Positions 17,805 to 25,943 of a DNA stretch of 64,000 nucleotides are shown piece by piece. How positions within the stretch are numbered: position 1 is the first letter of the stretch; each line of letters starts with the position of its first letter. Position numbers and translations under genes: made by a program. The DNA lies in IMG/VR virus record IMGVR_UViG_3300020172_006270, positions 159,269 through 223,268 of that record. The stretch is one strand, 5' to 3'. The notes under the pieces were generated by a model. The model ran no database searches. It had not been told where the DNA came from and was given only the letters and a program-made list of their open reading frames with translations.

Positions 17805-18290
17805 CTACTTCTTCAACTGATACAACCCACGTCCCGACCGTTCGATGTAGCCACGTTTGACCATCCGACTCAGTTCGACACTAGGATTGGTGGAGTTTCC
17901 GTGCTTCTCCAGGAAGTCTTTGATTTGCTTCGTGTCCAACGGCCTTCCGTTCTTGCGAAGACATTCTGTAATCAAAGTTCCCGTCGCATCAGACGGTTCA
18001 CGAGTTCGACTTTCAGACCTTGGAGGCTGACTCAGGGTTTGACTCATCAATGGGCCGACATGCTTCCTCAACGAGTCTCGTAAATCGTTGATTTGATTCT
18101 CGTGGCCTTTGATGTCCTGTTTCCGTTCCTCGATCTGTTCTTCGTGCCATTTGATCTTCTCCAAGACCTTTCCAATGGCATTGTGAAGTCCAAGAATCTC
18201 TTGTTCGTCCGTGTCGGCAATGACCGGGGCGACAATCTTTTCCGGTTCTTCTGTTGCGGTGGCGTCCATGCCCTCTTGCGTTGTAGTCAT
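17805..18290 (-). CDS. Coiled-coil + C-terminal winged-HTH protein
   Basis: Heptad region then PLDTKQI...LSRMVKRGYIERSGRGLYQL. Confidence 0.7.
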   Translation of the reverse strand: MTTTQEGMDATATEEPEKIVAPVIADTDEQEILGLHNAIGKVLEKIKWHEEQIEERKQDIKGHENQINDLRDSLRKHVGPLMSQTLSQPPRSESRTREPSDATGTLITECLRKNGRPLDTKQIKDFLEKHGNSTNPSVELSRMVKRGYIERSGRGLYQLKK

Positions 18291-18362
18291 AGTTTGACTC
18301 CGTGAGGGGTTGACCAGCAGAAATGTAATTGGACGGCACGCTGATCTGTACTGCCAAGTTTT

Positions 18363-18390
18363 ATTTTACTTGGTGGACAACCGAATGCAA
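18363..18390 (-). promoter_or_regulatory. Sigma70-like promoter TTGCAT-N16-TAAAAT
   Basis: Same spacing as 4478 and 23537 promoters. Confidence 0.55.
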
Positions 18391-18398
18391 GCAGAATC

Positions 18399-18710
18399 TT
18401 ATCCGTCGAATTGAGAAACTTCCCAAGGATCGGTGATGCTTCTGTGGACTTTTGTTGGCTTTACAACCCCATAATCAACAAAAGCCTCATCAATTAGTTT
18501 CTTTCCATAACGTGTCAAAATGTCCTTGGTTGGAATGAACACATTTGGATCAAGGACAACTGGCGTTTGCGTGATGGGAATATATGGTGCGTAGAAATAT
18601 CCGCTGTCCATATAGGAACTTCCTTTGAATCCCATGAGATTTCCCCCGCCCGAAAAAAGAGGGTCTTTATAGGTTTTGAGTCGTATTTCTTTTGGTTCTC
18701 GGTCGATCAT
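18399..18710 (-). CDS. Stand-alone copy of major capsid protein C-terminal segment (mini-gp23)
   Basis: 45/62 aa identical by manual alignment to MCP segment YKDPLF...RYGKKLLRE. Confidence 0.85.
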   Translation of the reverse strand: MIDREPKEIRLKTYKDPLFSGGGNLMGFKGSSYMDSGYFYAPYIPITQTPVVLDPNVFIPTKDILTRYGKKLIDEAFVDYGVVKPTKVHRSITDPWEVSQFDG

Positions 18711-18762
18711 ATTTCATTATATTCACTTTCAAAGAATATGTACATCGGGAGATAAATAAGCT

Positions 18763-19494
18763 ATGAACTTTTCAGAATGGTTATCAACTAATGAAGCTCG
18801 CTGGCGAGGCCCCGTAGGTGGAGCCTTTGGCCGTGATTCTCGTCGTATGCAACAACAACAAAAGCCGGTGACACCTGTGGCAAAACCAGAAGAAGAATCG
18901 CCCAAGCCAGATTTAGGACATGCTCCCAACCCTGCTGAACGTACTCCACCGCCTCAAATGCGTATGGGCAATAGGTTCCAGAATATTGACCAGAGAGTTC
19001 AATATGGAAAGAGCATTGAAAAGCAAATATTTGATAGCTTGGTTCGATGTGGGATGAAGCTCCGTGAACCGTCCAGCCAAGAAGATATGTACGACAAGAT
19101 TGACGGCTGGTGGGAAACGCCGAGTGGTGAGAAGCCTATTCAGATCAAATATCGTGACACCGGAGATGATATTCTCTTCGAGGTAATGAAGGATTATCGA
19201 CGTGGCGTGCCAGGAAGAGACATGGTTGGTAAAGCTGAGTTTTATGCCGTGCTAACTCGTGCCGGAGGCAAAATCGTATTAGTGAGCGTTGCAGAAGCCA
19301 AAAAGCTCATAGAAGAGATGCGTACCAGAGCCGAAGATGAAGGGTTTGACCAGCGTGGCAACTTCCGCATGGGTGGTGCAATATTGCGAGTTCGACCTGA
19401 TCCACGATCACAACAAGATAAACTCATGGCGTATATTCCGGTTTCAATGCTCAAGCAAATCACGCCGCCATGTTCTGCCCAAGTAAAATTCTAA
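18763..19494 (+). CDS. Putative PD-(D/E)XK nuclease with CTS-like N-terminus
   Basis: E...DMYDKIDGW...IQIKYR; MNFSEWLSTNE; TAAATA 4 nt before ATG. Confidence 0.6.
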   Translation: MNFSEWLSTNEARWRGPVGGAFGRDSRRMQQQQKPVTPVAKPEEESPKPDLGHAPNPAERTPPPQMRMGNRFQNIDQRVQYGKSIEKQIFDSLVRCGMKLREPSSQEDMYDKIDGWWETPSGEKPIQIKYRDTGDDILFEVMKDYRRGVPGRDMVGKAEFYAVLTRAGGKIVLVSVAEAKKLIEEMRTRAEDEGFDQRGNFRMGGAILRVRPDPRSQQDKLMAYIPVSMLKQITPPCSAQVKF

Positions 19495-19501
19495 GGGCTA
19501 T

Positions 19502-20122
19502 ATGCTTAAAATTTTAAGGTCAAATGTGCCATCAACTCGTTTGGAATTGATTTCACATCTAATCCAAGAACTTGATTATAAAACTTACTTGGAAATTGGT
19601 GTGGGTGTATTCGATACCTTTAATCACATTGAATGCCCACATAAAGTCTGTGTAGACCCGGCTAATGTCGAGGCCACATATCACATGACTTCAGATCAGT
19701 TCTTTGCCATCAATACGCAAAAGTTCGATTTGATCTTTATTGATGGACTGCATCAGTCAGATCAAGTCGATAAAGACATCCTTAATTCTTTGAAGTGCAT
19801 CAATGAAGGCGGCACTATTGTCGTGCATGATTGCAACCCTTTTCTGGAAGAACACCAAACATATTTTCAAACCACTATTGCATGGACTGGTGATGTTTGG
19901 AAGTCCTTTGTGAAGTTCCGTAATTCATGGAACCTGCCTGCATATGTGGTGAATATTGATTGGGGGTGTGGCGTGATTGAATGCGACATCCCTGCAACTC
20001 AAATCCATAATTTCAACAGAAGCATCAGTTGGAATGAGTTTGCTATTGAAAAGGACAAATTGTTGGGGCTAATTCATCCAAATGAACTTATGGAAAAAGT
20101 GAAGTCTCGCCAGAAAGGATAA
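19502..20122 (+). CDS. Class I SAM-dependent methyltransferase (Methyltransf_24-like)
   Basis: YLEIGV, FDLIFIDGLH, IVVHDCNP, WTGDVWK. Confidence 0.85.
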   Translation: MLKILRSNVPSTRLELISHLIQELDYKTYLEIGVGVFDTFNHIECPHKVCVDPANVEATYHMTSDQFFAINTQKFDLIFIDGLHQSDQVDKDILNSLKCINEGGTIVVHDCNPFLEEHQTYFQTTIAWTGDVWKSFVKFRNSWNLPAYVVNIDWGCGVIECDIPATQIHNFNRSISWNEFAIEKDKLLGLIHPNELMEKVKSRQKG

Positions 20123-20154
20123 ATACATTCGGTTCCTTTGGCATAGGAGGCTGT

Positions 20155-20271
20155 ATGAACCGAATATGGAAATTCATCAAGGAGATTTTTCACGACGATG
20201 GATCGTGGGGAAAAATCGAAGCAGCACACATCAGAAGACTCATTTTGTTGTATTATCGGCGTCGGGATTAG
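20155..20271 (+). CDS. Putative 38-aa small protein
   Basis: Below track cutoff; TAAATA box, SD AGGAGG, MNRIWKFIKEIF... Confidence 0.45.
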   Translation: MNRIWKFIKEIFHDDGSWGKIEAAHIRRLILLYYRRRD

Positions 20272-20617
20272 GCATTTGATGATAGTTTTTTCCTTTACCT
20301 AAACAAGCCTGCTCGATAAGCGCAATGTAGTAATCATCAAGATTGTCGATGCCGAGTTCTTGCTCGCCGAATCCGTTTTTGCGAAGCAAGTTTCTCATAC
20401 TCATGCCCCAACCAAAATGGTGCGTCACCCACCATCTGGTTGGGCTTTCTTGTATCATATCTGATACAACTTCAATCAAAGGCCGCTCAGGGTCTTTGTC
20501 TTCTTCTTTGCCTGTCTGTTGGGATAGCCAGTTATTCAAAAAAATAATGGCACCATCCAATGTCTTAGGCGGTGAGTCTTTGCTTACTTCCCAAGGGTCG
20601 GTGATTTTGCGTGTCAT
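20240..20617 (-). CDS. Hypothetical protein starting with ITDPWEVS motif (start revised to 20617)
   Basis: ATGA overlap with hydrolase stop; HHFGWGMSMRNLLR. Confidence 0.7.
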   Translation of the reverse strand: MTRKITDPWEVSKDSPPKTLDGAIIFLNNWLSQQTGKEEDKDPERPLIEVVSDMIQESPTRWWVTHHFGWGMSMRNLLRKNGFGEQELGIDNLDDYYIALIEQACLGKGKNYHQMPNPDADNTTK

Positions 20618-21492
20618 CTTCCATCCAATAAATGCGACCAAAGTAAATCGTAATCAATATCAGCCAGGATATAATCCCCTTCGGGATTAGGCTTCGTGGT
20701 CCAACCACTTTCTTCTTTCACGGCATTGCCACGAATCCATTTGCCGATCTCAGGATGCAGATGGCAAGCAGCGGCAGTAGGGTCGTGAAACTTTTTGGAA
20801 TCATGTCGTTCCAAATACATCAATGCTGCCTTCTCAAAGAGATTGTGTGCAGCGACGTTTTTAACGACAACTTGATTGTCTCTCTTTTCCCAGGCTTCTT
20901 TGTTGAATAGAACCGTGTGACAAATGTTCTTGCCGACCATTCGTCGCTCACCAATATTGCCTGAAAGGAATGTAACGCCAGCAGGCCGGTCCCCATTCAG
21001 GTTGAACGTCGGCATCCAGTTCTTTCCCTCGAAATCAAGGTGTGGTTGCTTGGGGCCATAGAGAGAATAAGGCAGGAAGCCGCCCTGCATTGTGGCCCTT
21101 TTGAAATGAGTCTCAGGGTGTTTGCTCATGTATTTGCCAACACTCGAAACCGGGCCGATGATAAACAACTCACTCTCCGGGTAAGCGGCGACAACATCTT
21201 GAATGATGTCTACGCCTAACCCGTCAGCTTTCTGCTCAAGAGGGTAGTTATACTCCTTGAGCAGTTGATGATGAATCGAACCTGAAGACAGCTTGGTTCT
21301 ATCAGTCTTGCTCGTACCGATAGGGATTTTTAGCCCGGTTTCCTCACATAGAAATCTGGCAATGGCTATCTGATCGGGGTCGCCCGGAGAAATGAGTATG
21401 GCTCGAAGATTGACCCCGGCTGCGATCAGATAAGAGATCGCAAAGAAATCATCAGGGTCATGACCAATATCTGTTTCTACAATTAAATCCAT
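20614..21492 (-). CDS. Nucleoside hydrolase (IU-NH family)
   Basis: ETDIGHDPDD, IGP, MQGG, FN, FHDP. Confidence 0.8.
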   Translation of the reverse strand: MDLIVETDIGHDPDDFFAISYLIAAGVNLRAILISPGDPDQIAIARFLCEETGLKIPIGTSKTDRTKLSSGSIHHQLLKEYNYPLEQKADGLGVDIIQDVVAAYPESELFIIGPVSSVGKYMSKHPETHFKRATMQGGFLPYSLYGPKQPHLDFEGKNWMPTFNLNGDRPAGVTFLSGNIGERRMVGKNICHTVLFNKEAWEKRDNQVVVKNVAAHNLFEKAALMYLERHDSKKFHDPTAAACHLHPEIGKWIRGNAVKEESGWTTKPNPEGDYILADIDYDLLWSHLLDGR

Positions 21493-21499
21493 GTTGACA

Positions 21500-22450
21500 T
21501 TATACCTTCTTCCTGTTCGGGGAGAAGCCATTCATTAAAACGTGCAGGGAGTCTAGTCTGGTGTATTCTTCAAATGTCATCCACTCGCTGCCAGTCAACA
21601 ACAGTCTTGCTATTTCTCTTTTACTTTCTTTTTGAGCCTTGGTCCAGTCCAAGTGATGGATGTGCTTCCATAGTCCAACCGTGTAATATACAGCAACAAC
21701 GAGCAGCACGTCCACATATGGCAGTTTCTTTTGTATTTCATGCAACCGTTCTTTGGTGGCATACAGATAAACGTCTGGATACATGCGGTGCATACTTTCT
21801 GGGCCTCTCACATGCAGAGCTTTGACTTCGTGTTCTATTTGAGTCTTCTCAACCAAGGCACAATACAGACCAAATTCATCAAAGGTGTCTGGGTTCTGAT
21901 ACATCGACATGGTGATATGACCACCGAATTCTTCGTCATATTTCTTTTGGTTTTTGGTCAAGAACGTATTGCGAACAAAAGAGAAGTCGATGCCGAACTC
22001 GATTGCATTTTGGACAATGCTGCTGTGAATCGCCTGAGCGCCTTCCCAAATCCTGTTGTGCATAATTTGGTCGTTCAACATGATGTTGCGATATGACCCA
22101 CGAGGCAGAAATCCACGAATCATTTTGGGATCATCTTGAATGGGCGGCTTTGCGAAGAACCAAATATCCTCTTCCATAAACAAAAACCATTCAGGATATA
22201 TTTGGTACTCTTTTATGATTCTGGGAAAATGTTTCCAAAAGTTGATGAATCCGTTTTCCGTCACATTCTGGGCAATGAAGGGAATGTAGGTAACTTGATT
22301 GTCGTTCTTCAGGCCGAAAGACTCAATAAAAGCTGGCAATGTAATGATGAAAATGTGATCGTCTTCCGACAACGCCCACTTCAAGTTTCGTACATGAATG
22401 TCAATTCCATCAGGAAATTGGCCGACCATCGTGATAGATGCAACTCGCAT
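21500..22450 (-). CDS. Putative GT-A glycosyltransferase-like protein
   Basis: FLFMEEDIW (ExD) after a beta-alpha N-terminal region. Confidence 0.45.
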   Translation of the reverse strand: MRVASITMVGQFPDGIDIHVRNLKWALSEDDHIFIITLPAFIESFGLKNDNQVTYIPFIAQNVTENGFINFWKHFPRIIKEYQIYPEWFLFMEEDIWFFAKPPIQDDPKMIRGFLPRGSYRNIMLNDQIMHNRIWEGAQAIHSSIVQNAIEFGIDFSFVRNTFLTKNQKKYDEEFGGHITMSMYQNPDTFDEFGLYCALVEKTQIEHEVKALHVRGPESMHRMYPDVYLYATKERLHEIQKKLPYVDVLLVVAVYYTVGLWKHIHHLDWTKAQKESKREIARLLLTGSEWMTFEEYTRLDSLHVLMNGFSPNRKKV

Positions 22451-22500
22451 TTAACCCCCGAATTTTTCTGGTGTGCAGTATATACGGTAAAGGAGGACTT

Positions 22501-22872
22501 ATGAAAAAGAGTTTCTTTGCCGTACTAATGTTGGCGATCCTTGCCACTCCTATTGTGGTCTTGAGTATCATCGGCATTATGCGAGTCAAGCCGGAGGTCC
22601 ATCAGCCTATAAATGAAGTTCCTGTAGAAGTGAAGCCAGTTCAGCCTGCAACACCATCAGAAACACCAGTCGCACCAGTTACACCAGCAACCGGAGTGCC
22701 GACTCAGCCAGTCAGCCCAACAGCTACTTTTATGAGTGGATATTGGGATGGTTGGCATGGAAAGTGGCTCGGTCCAATTCGTTGGACATTGAGTGATGAT
22801 TATCGTCAGGGTCATATGCTTGGGTCTTATGACCGGAGAAACGGCATTGACCGTTATCCAGCACCTAAGTAA
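22501..22872 (+). CDS. Membrane-anchored protein with GYxDG motif domain
   Basis: SD AAGGAGG; TM helix, P/T/V linker, FMSGYWDGW...YRQGHMLGSYDR. Confidence 0.75.
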   Translation: MKKSFFAVLMLAILATPIVVLSIIGIMRVKPEVHQPINEVPVEVKPVQPATPSETPVAPVTPATGVPTQPVSPTATFMSGYWDGWHGKWLGPIRWTLSDDYRQGHMLGSYDRRNGIDRYPAPK

Positions 22873-22877
22873 ACGAC

Positions 22878-22907
22878 AAAAGCCAGGGGAAAAATCCCCT
22901 GGCTTTT
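22878..22907. terminator. Bidirectional intrinsic terminator
   Basis: aaaagccagggg/cccctggctttt. Confidence 0.85.
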
Positions 22908-22932
22908 GCCTTTTCACGCATTCGCAGAAAAA

Positions 22933-23478
22933 TTACTTAGAGTAACTTCCGTATGCCATGTTGCCCGTCAACCGGGAATACGTTCCATCGGAAATCTTGG
23001 CGTAACTGCCATTTGGCAGTCTTCCATAAGACTCGCCGTCGATCTGAATGCCAGCACCACCAGGGAAACCTTCTTGGTGAGGGTTCGGCGGCTGAATCTT
23101 CTTTGGCGGCAAAGGAAGTTCTTCCGGCTGAGTGGTCTTCTTTGGAGCCGGAGCAGGGAACTCACGGTACTCGCCCTTATACGGCAGATAGTTCGGCTCA
23201 GGCATCACGGCCTTCTTGCCTTCAGTGTATTGAGGCTGAGGTTGAGGCTGACCAACAATCACATATCCACCGCTCGAAGAACAACCGCTGTTGTAGCTAT
23301 AGACGGGAGCAGAGTGGTAAAAAGGTGCCGAGTGGAACACTCGCCCACCAAAGACATGGCCAGAGCCACACTGGTTTCCACCAAAGAAACGCCCGCCCGT
23401 GTTGCACTGAGCCGATGCGGTGTCGCTCCAAGCGACGAGGACTGCGATTGCAGCCACGATTACAAGAAACTTCTTCAC
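22933..23478 (-). CDS. Secreted low-complexity Gly/Pro/Tyr-rich protein
   Basis: Signal peptide ending ASA-Q; SD AAGGAG; GTG start. Confidence 0.75.
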   Translation of the reverse strand: MKKFLVIVAAIAVLVAWSDTASAQCNTGGRFFGGNQCGSGHVFGGRVFHSAPFYHSAPVYSYNSGCSSSGGYVIVGQPQPQPQYTEGKKAVMPEPNYLPYKGEYREFPAPAPKKTTQPEELPLPPKKIQPPNPHQEGFPGGAGIQIDGESYGRLPNGSYAKISDGTYSRLTGNMAYGSYSK

Positions 23479-23536
23479 TGCAAGACTCCTTCAGAGAATC
23501 GGAAATTCCAGTCGGTCGTTCCAACTGATCCCCCAC

Positions 23537-23564
23537 AGTTTACTCGATCTCGGTCGGAAGTCAA
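23537..23564 (-). promoter_or_regulatory. Sigma70-like promoter TTGACT-N16-TAAACT
   Basis: Same spacing as 4478 and 18363 promoters. Confidence 0.55.
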
Positions 23565-23568
23565 CCCG

Positions 23569-23811
23569 TCATTTCTTCTGCACCAACTTGGTGAACTCGC
23601 TGTCGGAAAGGTAGGTTTTCGGGTTGCGAAGAATCTTTTCCATCAGTTCTTTCCCCCGTGGGCTGTTGAGATGCTCCCAGATGAAACGTCGGGTGGATAT
23701 ATCGTACTGATCGAGTGCGGTTTTCAGAGCAGATACGAGGGTCGATATAGCCTGGACTTTATTGTTGCCCCGGTCTTTGCCTTCGTTGATGTATTCCTTG
23801 AATGATTCCAT
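23569..23811 (-). CDS. Small protein with CTS-like N-terminus
   Basis: MESFKEYINE; TAGATA 4 nt before ATG. Confidence 0.75.
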   Translation of the reverse strand: MESFKEYINEGKDRGNNKVQAISTLVSALKTALDQYDISTRRFIWEHLNSPRGKELMEKILRNPKTYLSDSEFTKLVQKK

Positions 23812-23898
23812 GCTTTATCTAGGGTATTGGCTAAAGTTATTGTCGGCACTGCCGATATAACTTGTAACTTCCAACTACTTTCAACAACTAGGTGAACT

Positions 23899-24351
23899 AT
23901 GAAAAAGATCAACAAAACCGACCCCGCACGAATCAAAGCTGGCGACCTGATGGCAATCGTGCATTATGTCAAAGTTAAGAGTGCCATTCCAAGCAACTAC
24001 GAACTCTTCACATCCGACGTAGACTTAGACAACCACACCATGCGAGTTCAAGGAAAAGAACTTCTGGAATGTGCCTTCTCTGCCGATCAATACTCCGAAG
24101 AAATCAAAGTCTCGAAGACACAAGCAGCGGAACTGTTGATTCATTCTCCCAACCGCCCATTCACGGTCAGCTTCAATAAGACTGATGGCTCGGAACGCAC
24201 ACTGAGAGGCCGTCTGATCTCTCCAGAGCCACTATTGGGTCGGTCAATGGTAGAAGACCTGGATGAAACCAGCGACCATAAATTGCGACAAGTGGATCAC
24301 AGAACGATCAATTGGTTGATCGTCGAAGGCACGAAGTATATCGTGAAGTAA
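23899..24351 (+). CDS. Protein with C-terminal SH3/WYL_2-like beta-barrel
   Basis: FTVSFNKTDGSERTLRGRL; SD AGGTGA. Confidence 0.6.
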   Translation: MKKINKTDPARIKAGDLMAIVHYVKVKSAIPSNYELFTSDVDLDNHTMRVQGKELLECAFSADQYSEEIKVSKTQAAELLIHSPNRPFTVSFNKTDGSERTLRGRLISPEPLLGRSMVEDLDETSDHKLRQVDHRTINWLIVEGTKYIVK

Positions 24352-24352
24352 T

Positions 24353-24631
24353 TCAGCACCATACGACTTGGTTTTCTCTAATGAAGTAATGCGTCCTACA
24401 GGGCAATTGAAAGTTGCCGATAGAAGGACTTAGGGAAACCTTCCCATTGTCGTTTGTAAGCGTCCAACCGTTGTGTGGTGGGTTTGGATCAATAGGGGTG
24501 CATACTTGGTGTCCACAGCCACAGCAGCACTTGTGAATGGCAGTAGTGTACTCCAGAGAGATGTAGAGTACGCCTTCTTTCATGTCTTCTGGGATGTAGT
24601 GAACGAATTCGGGCGTTATGTTTGTTAGCAT
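24353..24631 (-). CDS. DUF6527-like Cys/His protein (start revised to 24631)
   Basis: GVLYIS, HKCCCGCG, W.L, SLSPSIGN, CRTHYFI; TAGATA 4 nt before ATG. Confidence 0.75.
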   Translation of the reverse strand: MLTNITPEFVHYIPEDMKEGVLYISLEYTTAIHKCCCGCGHQVCTPIDPNPPHNGWTLTNDNGKVSLSPSIGNFQLPCRTHYFIRENQVVWC

Positions 24632-24705
24632 GGTGTATCTATTGTCTCGCCACAATTTGTTTTGATGGCTTGCTGGCTAAATACATTAGCCACAAAGGAG
24701 ATGAT

Positions 24706-25164
24706 ATGGCACCACAAGAAAATGAACAGAATCCAATGTCTCTTGAAAACCTACCTGCTTACTTGAAGTCTCTTAAAGAGAAAGGAAGCACAGGTGATTG
24801 TCTTGTTGATATGGGAAGGATTGAGGAACCAAAGAAAATGCCTAATAAATGGTTATGGACTCAGCGAATCTTGTTTACGCTTGCTATCTGCATGATCGCT
24901 GGCACAACCGGGTTAATTACTTATGATTTAGCGTCACGACAAGAGCTTACTGTCGTGGTGAATCTCAACAAAGACGCCAACCCAGCCCAGGCAATTCCAG
25001 AAATGGTTTCTGACAGTGGCGGCACTGTTATAGCAGTCAAACAACATGACAGCACTTCAGCTTATGAAGTCAAGGTGTCTACCCGCAAGAGCCGGAAAGC
25101 GCTTTTGGAATGGCTCAACAAGAACAAGAACGTCAAAGAAGTGAAGCTAAAAGAAGACAAATGA
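24706..25164 (+). CDS. Single-pass membrane protein
   Basis: SD AAGGAG; central TM helix. Confidence 0.7.
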   Translation: MAPQENEQNPMSLENLPAYLKSLKEKGSTGDCLVDMGRIEEPKKMPNKWLWTQRILFTLAICMIAGTTGLITYDLASRQELTVVVNLNKDANPAQAIPEMVSDSGGTVIAVKQHDSTSAYEVKVSTRKSRKALLEWLNKNKNVKEVKLKEDK

Positions 25165-25577
25165 TAATTGAATTCAAACAATGGTTGGAGAATAGCTTTC
25201 CAGAAGCAGCCTGGGGTCCATCTTCTTTAGTTGGAAGCAATGGAACTTCGCTCAGAGTCAATGGTGGATACATCGACATTCAACCTGTTACTAAATGGTC
25301 GCCCAGAAGCCAATCTGTAATCGACTTTTACGTTGATGAAGCCAAAAGGAATCAAGGAATTGGAGATTGGCTAGTCAAACAAGCTAAATTGAAATTCAAA
25401 GATTTGGGAGCGCAAGTATCATCAATTCCTTCGATGAAAGTTTTCTTCAATAATGGATTTAGAAATCCAAATATGGCAAATCAATCATTTGAAGATCATG
25501 TGAAAGAATTTCAAAACAATGGCTCATCACTCTTCCTAGCCATGAATGACGACCAAGGAAAGCCTTACTTTAATTGA
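25161..25577 (+). CDS. GNAT acetyltransferase with CTS-like N-terminus
   Basis: FYVDEAKRNQGIG (AcCoA motif A), FFNNGF; MIIEFKQWLE. Confidence 0.75.
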   Translation: MIIEFKQWLENSFPEAAWGPSSLVGSNGTSLRVNGGYIDIQPVTKWSPRSQSVIDFYVDEAKRNQGIGDWLVKQAKLKFKDLGAQVSSIPSMKVFFNNGFRNPNMANQSFEDHVKEFQNNGSSLFLAMNDDQGKPYFN

Positions 25578-25580
25578 CGT

Positions 25581-25943
25581 TTATTCAACAGGAATAGCAG
25601 CTTGACCTTGGCTTATGACAGCGTAGGAAATTGATTTGTTGATTCCACTAACGCCACCCATGAAAGTCAGGTTGACTAAATAGCCATCACTTTCAGCACC
25701 ACCTACACTTACAGCAAACTGATCGACTCCCAGAGCAGTACAGATATAGGAATAACTATAGAATCCTCCTGGCAATGGATCGGGGAATTCTAGTGTGTAG
25801 CCACCCCCGCCGTTTAGCGTAGCTATGCCAGCCACGATGATTCGTGGTCCTGCTAATGGCACATATGTATCACGATTATTGTGTGGACCTTTACTTGTTG
25901 CTGCGCCTGGTCCTGATACGCCTGTTACTGATGATGCTCCCAT
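25581..25943 (-). CDS. Small beta-rich putative capsid decoration/fibre protein (start revised to 25943)
   Basis: MGASSVTGVSGPG; directly downstream of MCP; TACATA 4 nt before ATG. Confidence 0.65.
   Translation of the reverse strand: MGASSVTGVSGPGAATSKGPHNNRDTYVPLAGPRIIVAGIATLNGGGGYTLEFPDPLPGGFYSYSYICTALGVDQFAVSVGGAESDGYLVNLTFMGGVSGINKSISYAVISQGQAAIPVE

Noticed and set aside
18399-18710. Mini-gp23 as a DGR template or variable repeat
   Set aside because: Differences from gp23 are mostly third-position and not adenine-specific; no reverse transcriptase in the window.
22906-23805. 299-aa + strand ORF
   Set aside because: Antisense to two better-supported genes, starts inside a terminator, no motifs.
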